A stretch of 63,892 nucleotides of DNA, counting the filler, from Acidimicrobiia bacterium (GTDB lineage: Bacteria > Actinomycetota > Acidimicrobiia > Spongiisociales > SHLN01), in assembly GCA_041619515.1 (NCBI GenBank). It is 12 parts of 12 records of this genome, joined end to end, with 100 filler letters (N's around TTAATTAATTAA, not from the genome) between each part and the next. Parts side by side here need not be neighbours in the genome. Positions count along the whole stretch, not along the records: positions 6,325 to 12,313 come from JBFKDW010000118.1; positions 12,414 to 18,227 come from JBFKDW010000120.1; positions 18,328 to 24,128 come from JBFKDW010000121.1; 9 more parts are not named here. The stretch is one strand, 5' to 3'. A program made the position numbers and the translations under genes. The notes beneath the pieces were generated by a model. The model had not been told where the DNA came from. It was given only the letters and a program-made list of their open reading frames with translations, and ran no database searches. Within the stretch, counting starts at the first letter, position 1, and every line of letters begins with the position of its first letter. Below are positions 11,019 to 20,845 of this stretch, in pieces.

Positions 11019-11680
11019 GCCCGGAAGAACGAGACCGCCTGGTCCCGCAGCCGCTCAGATTCGTCGGTCAACCGCTGGGAGAAGGCTTCAGGATCGACGC
11101 CGGCCTCCACCAGGTCGTCGGTGCCGGCCATCGCCACCCAGCGCCTCCACATCTCGGGCGTGACCTCCGGGTGGAACTGCACACCGAGCGCCGAGCCGTA
11201 GCGAAAGGCCTGCGGATAGCCGCCCGTGAACGCCAGCAGGTCGGCGCCGGGAGGAAGGTCGAAGGTGTCGTGGTGCCAGGAGACGACGGGGCCGTCGATG
11301 GCGGAAACGGTCTCATCTGCCCGGCCGGCTTCCGTTCGCTGGAGGGTGATGAATCCCGCCTCGGTGCCTTCGCTCCGATAGGCTCGTCCGCCGATGACGT
11401 CGGCCAGCAACTGCGACCCGAGGCACACGCCGAGCAGCGGTGTCTCGTCGGCAAGCTGCATCCGGATGAATTCCTTCTCGGCCGTCAGCCAGGGATGATC
11501 CCCCTCGTCGTAGGCCCCCATATGTCCTCCGAGCACGACGATCTTGTCCCACGGCTGGACGGGGACCGGGTCTCCGCGGCTGAGATCGACCATCACATGG
11601 TCGGCTGCGACCTCCTCGAGGGCGTTCAGCAGCCATCCCGGTGTGATCTCACGGCCGTGCGCCAGAACGAGGACGTTCAC
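11003..11680 (-). CDS. Type 1 glutamine amidotransferase (GMP synthase-like)
   Basis: [36 protein letters not shown] overlaps the gcvP stop (GTGA). Confidence 0.9.
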   Translation of the reverse strand: MNVLVLAHGREITPGWLLNALEEVAADHVMVDLSRGDPVPVQPWDKIVVLGGHMGAYDEGDHPWLTAEKEFIRMQLADETPLLGVCLGSQLLADVIGGRAYRSEGTEAGFITLQRTEAGRADETVSAIDGPVVSWHHDTFDLPPGADLLAFTGGYPQAFRYGSALGVQFHPEVTPEMWRRWVAMAGTDDLVEAGVDPEAFSQRLTDESERLRDQAVSFFRAWLEE

Positions 11681-12312
11681 TGATACGCCTCGATTGGTGG
11701 GCAGGCGCACACGATGTTGCGATCCCCGTACTTGTGGTCGATGCGACCCACCGGCGGCCAGTATTTGCCGTCTCGCAGGGAGGCGACCGGGTAGGCGCCC
11801 TGCTCCCGGCTGTAGGGACGTGCCCAGTCCCCGCCGGCGATCTGATGGGCCGTGTGGGGGGCGTGCCGCAGCGGACTGTCTTCGACGTCGATGGTGCCGG
11901 CGGTGATGTCGTCGATCTCGGCACGGATCGCCAGCATCGCCTCGCAGAAGCGATCCAGCTCTGCCTTCGACTCCGACTCGGTTGGTTCGATCATGAGGGT
12001 CCCGGGCACCGGAAACGACATCGTGGGGGCGTGGAAACCGAAGTCCATGAGACGCTTGGCGACGTCGTCGGCGGTGACGTGGGACTCCTTGGTGATGGGT
12101 CGCAAATCGATGATGCACTCGTGGGCAACCAGGTCACCGGCGCCGGTGTACAGAATCGGGTAGGCGCCGGCCAGCCGGTGGGCGATGTAGTTGGCGTTGA
12201 GGATCGCCACCTCCGTTGCCGTCCGCAGCCCCTCCCCGCTCATGAGCGCAATGAACATCCACGAGATGGGGAGGATGCCGGCCGATCCCCAGGGGGCGGC
12301 AGATATGGCCCC
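11677..12312 (-). CDS. gcvP: Glycine dehydrogenase (glycine cleavage P protein), C-terminal part
   Basis: [60 protein letters not shown]. Confidence 0.96.
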   Translation of the reverse strand, partial: GAISAAPWGSAGILPISWMFIALMSGEGLRTATEVAILNANYIAHRLAGAYPILYTGAGDLVAHECIIDLRPITKESHVTADDVAKRLMDFGFHAPTMSFPVPGTLMIEPTESESKAELDRFCEAMLAIRAEIDDITAGTIDVEDSPLRHAPHTAHQIAGGDWARPYSREQGAYPVASLRDGKYWPPVGRIDHKYGDRNIVCACPPIEAYQ

Positions 12313-12413
12313 CNNNNNNNNNNNNNNNNNNNNNNNNNNNNNNNNNNNNNNNNNNNNTTAATTAATTAANNNNNNNNNNNNNNNNNNNNNNNNNNNNNNN
12401 NNNNNNNNNNNNN

Positions 12414-12646
12414 CCCCCTCCGCCCCTGCGGGGCACCTCCCCCTCCGGGGGAGGAGAGACGGTTTCTCTCCCCCCGGAGGGGGGAGTCCGGCGTAGCCGG
12501 GAGGGGGGAGTCCTGGGTGTGGGTTCTGGTGGCGGGGGAGGAGACAGAGTCCCCCTCCGCCGCTGCGGGGCACCTCCCCCTCCGGGGGAGGAGAGACGGT
12601 TTCTCTCCCCCCGGAGGGGGGAGTCCGGCGTAGCCGGGAGGGGGGC
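12414..12646. repeat. BIME-like cluster of alternating inverted type A and type B palindromes (A-B-A-B, 137-bp period)
   Basis: A = CCCCCTCCGCC(C/G)CTGCGGGGCACCTCCCCCTCCGGGGGAGGAG at 12414 and 12551; B = CTCCCCCCGGAGGGGGGAGTCCGGCGTAGCCGGGAGGGGGG twice. Confidence 0.9.
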
Positions 12647-12698
12647 AGCCCCCCGTGGCCCCGGCGGTTCCTAGGCTGGATGGCAAGGAGGTGGTGCT

Positions 12699-13331
12699 GT
12701 GAAACTCACAATCGCCGGCATCGAAGAGGGACAGCCGATCCCTGGGCAATTCGCGTTCTGCGTTCCCGATCCGGGAACCCACGCCACATTTGGCCCGAAC
12801 CGCAACCCGGGACTCAGCTGGGATGACGTTCCCGCGGACACGGCCTCGTTCGCCATCCTGTGCTGGGATCGCGTCGTCCCCACCGCCGGCGACGACGTCA
12901 ACCAGGAGGGTCGGGAGGTGCCGCCGGATCTCCCGCGAACGGACTTCTTCCACTGGGTGCTGGTAGACCTCAACTCGGCTGCGCGCAGCATCGCCGAGGG
13001 CGAGTTCTCAGATGGCGTGACCGCACGCGGCAAAGACGGGCCGGCCGGGCCGGGCGGAACCCGCCAGGGCCTCAACGACTACACCGGCTGGTTCACCGGC
13101 GATCCAGACATGGAGGGCCTGTACTTCGGATACGACGGGCCCTGCCCACCCTGGAACGACTCGCTCATCCATGAGTATGTGTTCACCGTCTACGCACTGG
13201 ATGTCCCGCGCTGCGACGTCGACGGCGACTTCACCGGCGGCCAGGTACGAGAAGCCCTCGACGGCCATGTGCTCGCCGAAGCGTCGGTCATGGGGACCTA
13301 CACCCTCAACCCGCGCCTGATGACTGCGTGA
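12699..13331 (+). CDS. YbhB/YbcL (PEBP, Raf kinase inhibitor-like) protein
   Basis: NRNPGLSW, FFHWVLVD, GYDGPCPPWND, HEYVFTVYALD; AAGGAGG RBS. Confidence 0.92.
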   Translation: MKLTIAGIEEGQPIPGQFAFCVPDPGTHATFGPNRNPGLSWDDVPADTASFAILCWDRVVPTAGDDVNQEGREVPPDLPRTDFFHWVLVDLNSAARSIAEGEFSDGVTARGKDGPAGPGGTRQGLNDYTGWFTGDPDMEGLYFGYDGPCPPWNDSLIHEYVFTVYALDVPRCDVDGDFTGGQVREALDGHVLAEASVMGTYTLNPRLMTA

Positions 13332-14377
13332 GCGCAGACCCGTCCACCGCGGCACTCCATGGGGACGATGCCGTCGCCGACGGGGTAGACCTGGCTCCAC
13401 CGATACACGTTGCCTCCACCTACGATCGGTCCGAGCAGAACGAGCTGGTGTACCGGCGCAACCACCACATCACCACTCAGCGCTTGGAAGCCGTCCTCGG
13501 TGCGCTGGAAGGCGGTGGAGCCGTCGTATACCCATCGGGGATGGCAGCGATTTCTTCGCTGTTGCGCCACCTGAGCCCGAAGCGAATCCACCTGCCGGCC
13601 GACGTCTACCACGGCACCCGCAGCTATGCCACGAGCGCCCCCCATGGCTGGCAGATCGTCGAGGGATTCGATGACCTGGGCTCGGGGGACGTCGCCTGGC
13701 TCGAGACACCGTCCAACCCGAAGTGCCTCATCACCGACATTGCCGCCGTGACCTCCGAGCTGGGCCCCCGCGGGGTGGCGGTGGTGGTCGATTCGACGTT
13801 CGCAACGCCGGTATTGCAGCAACCGCTGTCGCTGGGCGCCGATTTCGTCGTGCACTCGTCGACCAAGTACATCGGGGGCCACTCCGATGCCATGGGCGGG
13901 GTGATCGTTTCCCGAGACCCCGACCGAGCGGCTGCCCTGCAAGCAGCCCGGGTGTTGGATGGTTCCATCCCCGGCTCGCTCGACGTATGGCTGACCCTGC
14001 GGGGCGTGCGGACCCTCCCACTGCGCATCGCACGGCAATCACAGTCGGCAGCCGCCATTGCCGAGTACCTCGACGGAGCGGTGCCCTTGGTGTGGTACCC
14101 GGGCCTTGCCACCCATCCCGGCCACGAGGTGGCGGCACGGCAGATGAGCTCAGGCGGCGCGATCGTGTCCTTCGAGCTCGCCTCCTACGAAGCGGCCGCC
14201 GAGGCTGCCACCAGGTTCCACCTGTTCCGGAGGGCAACTTCCCTCGGAGGGGTGGAATCGGTCGTAGAGCATCGGGCGAGCGTGAATCCTCTGGCACCGC
14301 CCGGGTTGCTCCGCCTGTCGGTCGGCCTGGAGTCGCCGAACGATCTCATCGCCGACGTGGATCACGCTCTGGCGTAG
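13328..14377 (+). CDS. PLP-dependent trans-sulfuration enzyme (cystathionine gamma-synthase/lyase family)
   Basis: SGMAAI, WLETPSNP, VDSTFATP, HSSTKYIGGHSD, TSLGGVES, LRLSVGLE. Confidence 0.93.
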   Translation: MSADPSTAALHGDDAVADGVDLAPPIHVASTYDRSEQNELVYRRNHHITTQRLEAVLGALEGGGAVVYPSGMAAISSLLRHLSPKRIHLPADVYHGTRSYATSAPHGWQIVEGFDDLGSGDVAWLETPSNPKCLITDIAAVTSELGPRGVAVVVDSTFATPVLQQPLSLGADFVVHSSTKYIGGHSDAMGGVIVSRDPDRAAALQAARVLDGSIPGSLDVWLTLRGVRTLPLRIARQSQSAAAIAEYLDGAVPLVWYPGLATHPGHEVAARQMSSGGAIVSFELASYEAAAEAATRFHLFRRATSLGGVESVVEHRASVNPLAPPGLLRLSVGLESPNDLIADVDHALA

Positions 14378-14428
14378 CGGTTTCTTTCCCCCGCAGGAGG
14401 CTTCCGGCCTCGTCGATCCGGGGCCGGG

Positions 14429-16228
14429 TTACCAGTATTCCTCGTAATGGACGTCGCCCTCGACGCCCCGGCGGTCGACTGTGAAACCCATCCCGGTGAG
14501 AATCTCACACACGCCCCGCGGCTCGGGCCATTCGGGATCACCGTCCTCCCACGTCTCGGGAAGGCCGATCATGGCCGGGTTGCCGCACAGGAAGAACTGG
14601 GTGCGCTCCGGGGTGGGCGCATGCCCGAGAACCTCCTCGAGCATGCCATTGGTGATCATGTCCTGGATGTACACCTTGTTGTTGATGGTGTCGGCTTCCC
14701 GGGTGGTGAGCGCGAAATAGCTGTAGTTGGGATGCAACTGCTCGAGGCGCCGGTGAGTCTCCAGGTAGGCAAGGTCGCGTTGGTAGCGAACCGTGCAGGC
14801 GCTGACGATGCGCCCGGTGTGGCCGGTCCGCAGTAGCTGGGCCACCATGTTGTTGTGGGGCGCTTCGCCGGTTCCCGTCGACAGCAGCACGACGTCCGAA
14901 GTGGGGTCGGTGACGGTCTTGAGGGTGTAGCGGCCGGCCACCTTGGGACCCATGAAGATCCGATCGCCTGCCTTCTTCAGCGCCATGCGGGGTGTGAGCT
15001 CGGGGAGGTGGTCCATGCCCTCGGGTCGTACGAGGACGATGTAGAACTCGACGCCGTCGATGTCCTCGGGCGCCAGCAGGTTCCCCGCCTCGTCGAGCAT
15101 CGGATGGGAGATCGAATATGAGCGCCGGACCAGCTTTTCGACTTTCGACTCGTCGAGGTGCTCATCTTCTCCGTCCAGTCGCGGCTCCCAATAGCCGAGG
15201 GCGAGGGTGGCGTACTGGCCGGGCTCGTGCCTGGCGTCGCCGACGTCCGGCTTGACCCGCAGAATCCAGAGGTCACTGTGGTGGTTCTCGAACGAGGTGA
15301 TGGTGGCGTTGTAGTGCTTCTCTCGTAGTCGTTCCGCCAGGCCGCTCAACACCAGCGCCGGCCGGGCCTCGAGGTCGTGAGGCTTGTCGAGGTCGGGGAA
15401 ATGGCGGTCGTGGATGATCCCCCAGGCGTGGCCGGGAGATACGTAGACCATCTCGGGCGATTCGGGCTCGCCCGGGTCCGGGTCCTCTTCCGTCAGCACG
15501 TAGACCGCCGGCGGCTCGGACACGGCCTCCAGTGCGATGTTGAGGCGGTCGAGGTGCCGGGATCGCTCCCCCGTCCCGAGTGCGTAGATGATCCGGTCGA
15601 AGACGAGGTCGGGGGTGCGGCGATCGGAGAATGTGATCATCGGGTACCCGTCGACGTCAAACACGGCTGTGGGATGCGAGTGCCAAAAGATCGTGGCCTT
15701 GCGTTCGGTCTCGATGCGGAGGAGGTCCTCGCGTGTCTGGCCGGCAAGCTGGTCGAAGGCCACCGACGGCAGGCTGAGGGCCACGGACCCGTGGCCGCTC
15801 TCGACCAGGTCCTCGGCGTATTCGGCTCCGGTCTCGCCGGTCCCGATTACCAGCACATCCTCGCCGGCCGCGATCCCGGAGGGCATCTCGTAGTGGATCC
15901 GCTCCGACAGGCTGGCCGGTATGTCGTAGGCGGGAGGCACCGACCTCTTGTCGCCGCGGCCTGCCACCACCGCCACCCGCGCCGTGGTCTCGAATCCCGA
16001 CCCCGAGACAGTGACCGCGCCGTCCTCCCGGATGCGTTCGACGGTGCGGCCGAACAGCAGGTCGGGCTGGCCGCCGAGATCGGGCAGGTCGACTTCATCG
16101 CTGTCTATCAGGACGATCCGCTTGACGCCGGCGGTGTAGGCATCCATTGCCACCGATATCCCGGCGCGGTTGGCACCGATGATGGCCAGCTCGTATTCGG
16201 CTGGAGAGCTGTCAGGTGGAGCGGTCAT
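14429..16228 (-). CDS. Fusion: N-terminal thioredoxin-reductase-like Rossmann region plus C-terminal bacterial ferredoxin--NADP+ reductase
   Basis: N-terminal AIIGANRAG, VLVIGTGETGAEYA, FDRIIYALG; C-terminal PGQY, RSYSIS, STGTGEAP, YIQD, FLCGNPAMI, EEYW. Confidence 0.82.
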   Translation of the reverse strand: MTAPPDSSPAEYELAIIGANRAGISVAMDAYTAGVKRIVLIDSDEVDLPDLGGQPDLLFGRTVERIREDGAVTVSGSGFETTARVAVVAGRGDKRSVPPAYDIPASLSERIHYEMPSGIAAGEDVLVIGTGETGAEYAEDLVESGHGSVALSLPSVAFDQLAGQTREDLLRIETERKATIFWHSHPTAVFDVDGYPMITFSDRRTPDLVFDRIIYALGTGERSRHLDRLNIALEAVSEPPAVYVLTEEDPDPGEPESPEMVYVSPGHAWGIIHDRHFPDLDKPHDLEARPALVLSGLAERLREKHYNATITSFENHHSDLWILRVKPDVGDARHEPGQYATLALGYWEPRLDGEDEHLDESKVEKLVRRSYSISHPMLDEAGNLLAPEDIDGVEFYIVLVRPEGMDHLPELTPRMALKKAGDRIFMGPKVAGRYTLKTVTDPTSDVVLLSTGTGEAPHNNMVAQLLRTGHTGRIVSACTVRYQRDLAYLETHRRLEQLHPNYSYFALTTREADTINNKVYIQDMITNGMLEEVLGHAPTPERTQFFLCGNPAMIGLPETWEDGDPEWPEPRGVCEILTGMGFTVDRRGVEGDVHYEEYW

Positions 16229-16432
16229 GGTTCCATGCTGCCACGCCGTGGGGCCGGGGCGGCAGTTCTCGGGTTCGCGGCTCGGTGCGCTTCGGCGAGT
16301 CTGTCACGTGCAACCTCCGTAGCGAGGCTAACCACCCGGCTGTCTCTGCCGGTACGGGCCTTCGTCCTTTGATGTCGGTCGTTGGTCCCCGGCCCATTAG
16401 CGGTACGGCCGCTGCCGGGTAGATCCGTCCAC

Positions 16433-17302
16433 CTATTCCTGCCACCGATGGGGCCGCGAAGCGAGACCGTCGAGGCCCAGCCGGCCGCACAACGCCTCGT
16501 AGGGCGCTCGGCGGGCTCCATGCCATTCGAGGTCGGCGAGGGTCTCGGAGATCGGGACGTCGCGGCGCAGCGTCGCCAACTCCCGATACAAGATGGCGTC
16601 TTCCCGATGGGCGGCAAGGGTGTCGGCGAGTTTGCCTGCCCCCCGCACGGGGACCTCCCAATCGGAGCTGTCGTCGGGGATCTCTTCGAGGGTTCGGTAG
16701 TGGGCGAGCACGGTGGCGGTTGATTTGGCGCCCCATCCGGGCAGCCCGGGGATACCGTCGGCGGTGTCGCCTACCAGCCCCAGGTAGTCGGGGATGGAGG
16801 ACGGTGCCACCCCGAACTTCTCCCACACGCCCCGCTCGTCACGCTCGATTTGCTGGCGGCGGTCATAGGTCACGACCCTGGTCCCGTCGACACATTGCGC
16901 CAAGTCCTTGTCGGGGCTGAGTAGGATAACCCGCTCCACCTGGTCTTCGAACTTCCACGCGGCGCTGGCCAGGCCATCGTCGGCTTCGAACTCGACCATC
17001 GGCCACACCGTCACCCCCATGGCCTCCCAGGCTTCCTCCGCCACGCGGAACTGAGACATCAGCTCCTCCGGGATGCCTGCGCCCGTCTTGTAGCCGGCGA
17101 ACATCTCGTTTCGAAACGATTCGATGACGTAGTCGGTAGCGACGCCGAGGTGGGTCACGCCGGGCTCGCGCAGCAAGCCGAGGGTGGACGCGATGATCCC
17201 GGCCACCGCCCCCACCTCGCGGCCGTCGGGAGCCGATCGGGTGGGAGCTCCGAAGAAGGAGCGAAACAGCTCATAGGTGCCGTCGAGAAGGTGAAGCTGC
17301 AT
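16433..17302 (-). CDS. Stand-alone 5'-3' exonuclease / flap endonuclease
   Basis: LLDGTYELFRSF, FRNEMFAGYK, FEADD, SPDKDLAQ, GDTADGIPGLPGWGAKS (H3TH). Confidence 0.93.
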   Translation of the reverse strand: MQLHLLDGTYELFRSFFGAPTRSAPDGREVGAVAGIIASTLGLLREPGVTHLGVATDYVIESFRNEMFAGYKTGAGIPEELMSQFRVAEEAWEAMGVTVWPMVEFEADDGLASAAWKFEDQVERVILLSPDKDLAQCVDGTRVVTYDRRQQIERDERGVWEKFGVAPSSIPDYLGLVGDTADGIPGLPGWGAKSTATVLAHYRTLEEIPDDSSDWEVPVRGAGKLADTLAAHREDAILYRELATLRRDVPISETLADLEWHGARRAPYEALCGRLGLDGLASRPHRWQE

Positions 17303-17346
17303 GGCTCGCATGATACGGGCGTCGCGCGGGCGACTACCGTTGGGGC

Positions 17347-17889
17347 ATGCAAGCGCACGGCTCGAGAGTGGTAGTCGGTGAAGCCGAGCTCACCAGTGGG
17401 CTGTTCTCGAATGAGTGGCAGCTCGTTCAGCGCGGCGAGGTGCTCGCCAAGGCGGTTCGCCGCCCACGGAATTGCTACACCCGGGTCACGTTGAGCGACG
17501 GAACCCGCTGGACCCTGCAGCCCGACGGGTGGGGAGTGGTGCGGGCAGTGGAAGACGATCATCCGTTTGCCCGAGCCACCCGCGATTCTTTCTGGGGCAA
17601 CCGCTGGGAGGTCAGCGGCCTTGGTTTCGCCTACATGCTCCAGCACGACGGGCACATCCCACGTCGGTGGCAGCTGACGGTCGGCCAGGAACCGGCCGCC
17701 TGGCTGCGGGGGTCGGCCGTCAACTACAACCGCGTGCACATCGATGCGCCGATTTCGGTCCCGATGGCGGCCGCCCTGCTGTCGTGGCACGTGATTGCCC
17801 GCCCGTGGGAGGCCGTCGCCTTCGCCCCCGAGCTGTTGACTCGCGACGTGGTCGGTGGCCCTGTCGCCGACCCGGGGTCTCCGCTCTAG
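17347..17889 (+). CDS. Hypothetical protein (Trp-rich, beta-strand-like)
   Basis: Non-overlapping ORF divergent from the exonuclease; TACCGT 6 nt before the ATG. Confidence 0.7.
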   Translation: MQAHGSRVVVGEAELTSGLFSNEWQLVQRGEVLAKAVRRPRNCYTRVTLSDGTRWTLQPDGWGVVRAVEDDHPFARATRDSFWGNRWEVSGLGFAYMLQHDGHIPRRWQLTVGQEPAAWLRGSAVNYNRVHIDAPISVPMAAALLSWHVIARPWEAVAFAPELLTRDVVGGPVADPGSPL

Positions 17890-17944
17890 CCGCCAGTCCC
17901 CTCCCACTCTGCCGCCCCTGTCGATCTTCTCTCCCCCCGGAGCG

Positions 17945-18227
17945 CCCCCTCCGCCGTAAAGGGCTCTCCCCTGCGGGGTGGAGGGCGTTTTCACTCCCCC
18001 CGGAGGGGGGAGTCCGGCGTAGCCGGGAGGGGGGCGGCCGTGCGGGCGACTGCAGGCGGGGGGGAACCGATGCGGGGGAGGAGACAGCGCCCCCTCCGCC
18101 CCTGCGGGGCACCTCCCCCTCCGGGGGAGGAGACAGAGTCCCTTCCGCCCGTGCGGGGCTCTCCCCCTGCGGGGGTGGAGGGCGGTTTCTCTCCCCCCGG
18201 AGGGGGGAGTCCGGCGTAGCCGGGAGG
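17945..18227. repeat. BIME-like cluster of type A/B palindromes running into the contig end
   Basis: B units near 17993 and 18190, A unit near 18090, degenerate A units near 17945 and 18141. Confidence 0.88.
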
Positions 18228-18327
18228 NNNNNNNNNNNNNNNNNNNNNNNNNNNNNNNNNNNNNNNNNNNNTTAATTAATTAANNNNNNNNNNNNNNNNN
18301 NNNNNNNNNNNNNNNNNNNNNNNNNNN

Positions 18328-19581
18328 ACGGCCGAGGAGGTCGAGTTCCAGCTCCGTGACTCGGGTGCTCAACTCTTGCTGACAATCCCGATGTTCATCG
18401 AGCAAGCCTCCAAGGCGGCGGCGGCGACCGGCGTCGAGGAGGTGTTCGTGCTGGGCGAGGCGGCCGGTGCCACGCCGTTCTCGGTGTTGCTCGACGCCGA
18501 CCCGTACCACGGATTTGCCGAAGTCGATCCACAGCAGGATGTGGTTGCGCTGCCGTATTCGAGCGGGACGACCGGCCTCCCCAAAGGGGTCATGCTGACC
18601 CATCAGAACCTGGCCGCCAATCTCGCCCAGGGAGAGCACGCTCTGCAGATGGCCGACCGCGAGGTGATCGTCGCAGTGCTTCCGTTCTTCCACATCTATG
18701 GCATGGAGGTGCTGATGAACGGCGTGCTGTACAACGGCGGGACCGCAGTGACCATGCCCCGCTTCGACCTCGAGGAGTTTCTCCGCATCATTCAGGACCA
18801 CCGGGTGACCCGCGCCTATGTCGTGCCGCCGATCGTGCTGGCGATGGCCAAGCACCCGCTGGTCGACCAGTACGACATGAGCTCCTTGCGATCGGTCTTC
18901 TCCGGCGCCGCTCCGCTTGGTACCGACCTCGCCGCCGAAGCCAGTGCCCGCATCGGTTGTGAAGTCGTGCAGGGGTACGGCCTGACCGAGACCAGCCCGG
19001 TCACACACGCCACCCCGCCCGGGCAGTTCAAGCCCGGATCGATCGGTGTGGCCATTTCGAACACCGAATGCCGGGTCGTGGACCCCGATGGGAACGACCT
19101 CGGCCTCGATGAGGACGGTGAGATCTGGATCCGGGGCCCGCAGGTGATGAAGGGCTATCTCAACAACCCCGGTGCCACGGCCGCCACCATCGACGAGGAC
19201 GGGTGGCTCCATACCGGAGACATCGGCCACGTCGACGGCGACGGTCACTGGTACATCGTCGACCGGCTCAAAGAGCTCATCAAGTACAAGGGATTTCAGG
19301 TGCCGCCGGCCGAGCTCGAAGGGCTGCTGCTCACGCATCCCGCGGTCGCCGACTCCGCGGTCATTCCCGTACCGGACGAAGAAGCCGGGGAGGTGCCGAA
19401 GGCGTTTGTCGTGCTCAAACCGGGGGCAGCGGCCACGCCCGAGGAGATCATGGAGCATGTGGCGGGACACGTCGCCCACTACAAGCAGATCCGATACCTC
19501 GATATCGTCGATGAGATCCCCAAGTCGGCGTCCGGCAAGATACTGCGACGCATTCTGCGAGATCGCGAAACAGCCGGGTAA
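18328..19581 (+). CDS. 4-coumarate--CoA ligase-like AMP-dependent acyl-CoA synthetase, 5' truncated
   Basis: YSSGTTGLPKGVMLTH, LPFFHIYG, QGYGLTE, GWLHTGD, DRLKELIKYKG, PKSASGKILR. Confidence 0.94.
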   Translation, partial: TAEEVEFQLRDSGAQLLLTIPMFIEQASKAAAATGVEEVFVLGEAAGATPFSVLLDADPYHGFAEVDPQQDVVALPYSSGTTGLPKGVMLTHQNLAANLAQGEHALQMADREVIVAVLPFFHIYGMEVLMNGVLYNGGTAVTMPRFDLEEFLRIIQDHRVTRAYVVPPIVLAMAKHPLVDQYDMSSLRSVFSGAAPLGTDLAAEASARIGCEVVQGYGLTETSPVTHATPPGQFKPGSIGVAISNTECRVVDPDGNDLGLDEDGEIWIRGPQVMKGYLNNPGATAATIDEDGWLHTGDIGHVDGDGHWYIVDRLKELIKYKGFQVPPAELEGLLLTHPAVADSAVIPVPDEEAGEVPKAFVVLKPGAAATPEEIMEHVAGHVAHYKQIRYLDIVDEIPKSASGKILRRILRDRETAG

Positions 19582-19596
19582 CGTCTGCTCGCCGGG

Positions 19597-20634
19597 TTAC
19601 GGCACGAATTGCTCTTCGATGAACGTGACCATCCCGTTGGCGACGGTGAGCCACACCCCGGGCTGGAAGCTACGACCAACCCGCGCTGCCACCCACGTCA
19701 CGTAGTCGACCTTCGTTGCCGTAGCCGGGTCACCGATATCTGGTAACCAGTCGACCTCGGCATCGGGCGCCACGGGCACGATCCGAAGCGTCGAATTGAG
19801 GTTGCGAACGTAGTAGTCGTTTGGTGGCGGTGACTCCTGGCCGTCCTCGGCGGCGGCCCGCTCGGCTGCGGTGCCGGTGAACCAGCACGCCAGGTCGAAC
19901 GTCACATCAGCCGCCGAGGCGTCGATGTAGCCGAACCATTCGCCGTCGGGCAGGTCCGGTGTGCCGGGCGTGCATCCCGACCGCGAGGCGAAATCCTCGG
20001 TGCTGCCGGCATTCGTTCCGCCTTCCCGCGTCAACTCCTGGCACTCGCCCTGAAGCCAGTTGAAGAAGACCGAGCAGTTCCCATTGATCGAGAACCTGAC
20101 CCGCTCGACGTCCTCGAACTGGAACGCCGTGGATCTCAGCTGGCTGAGAAGCGACGCGCTTCCACAGCTTGTAGACGCGTTGCCAAGTCTCGCCCGCATG
20201 TCGTCGAAGTCGACCGACAACCTCCCAGAGGCGTCGAGGGTCACCGATCGGACGACGTCGGCGGTGGCGGCGGAGAAGAAGGAGAATGCTCCGTCTGCGA
20301 TCTCTTCGCCGGTGGGTCCCCCGACGAGGTCGTCAAACGCAACGACGATCGGGTCCAGCCCCGCCGGGTGGGTCCGCTCGTATCCCTTCACTTCGGAACA
20401 GTCGGACGCGTCACCGGATGAGTAGTAGACGGTGATGGTCTCCATGACTGCCGGTTGACTCGTTGTCGTTGTCGTTGGAGTGCGTGTTGTTGTGGTTGGC
20501 TCGGGTGCCATCGTGGTTGTTGGTGCGACGGTCCCGGGCTGCTCGGTGGTGGTCGTCGCGTCCGTGGTTCCACCACACGCGGCGACGACGAGAGAAGCTG
20601 CCCACACCACCTGAAATGCATGTGACTTCCTCAT
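19597..20634 (-). CDS. Lipoprotein with GerMN-like domain
   Basis: AGGAG RBS, lipobox VAAC, Thr-rich linker, LVGGPT..E, QLRSTAFQFEDVERVRFSING; contains a TTA codon at 19744-19746. Confidence 0.78.
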   Translation of the reverse strand: MRKSHAFQVVWAASLVVAACGGTTDATTTTEQPGTVAPTTTMAPEPTTTTRTPTTTTTSQPAVMETITVYYSSGDASDCSEVKGYERTHPAGLDPIVVAFDDLVGGPTGEEIADGAFSFFSAATADVVRSVTLDASGRLSVDFDDMRARLGNASTSCGSASLLSQLRSTAFQFEDVERVRFSINGNCSVFFNWLQGECQELTREGGTNAGSTEDFASRSGCTPGTPDLPDGEWFGYIDASAADVTFDLACWFTGTAAERAAAEDGQESPPPNDYYVRNLNSTLRIVPVAPDAEVDWLPDIGDPATATKVDYVTWVAARVGRSFQPGVWLTVANGMVTFIEEQFVP

Positions 20635-20845
20635 GTCTTGATACTCCTGACGTGTGAGCCCCACATCTAGAGGCGGATGGCTCTGCCCCGAGCACTAATC
20701 GGTGGACGAATCAGTGACTCACGAGAGATACCGGCGCCGAACGATGACGGCTCAGTGCAACGAGTCGAACCCGGCGACCGTTTCGAACGGCAGCTGATGG
20801 CGGGGTGATGCCCGCGGTCTTGTCCTAATCGTTCTCCGGGTGCCA

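Noticed and set aside
12414..12646. Repeat-spacer clusters as a CRISPR array
   Set aside because: Units alternate in orientation, spacers are themselves repeated, copy number per locus is low, and no cas genes are present
16229..16432. 200-bp intergenic region as a riboswitch upstream of the FNR fusion
   Set aside because: No recognisable aptamer motif, and a -10-like hexamer right before the ATG suggests a leaderless start; an Rfam scan would settle it
20659..20673. CCCCACATCTAGAGG resembling an NrdR box
   Set aside because: Single imperfect copy upstream of a lipoprotein gene with no link to nucleotide metabolism
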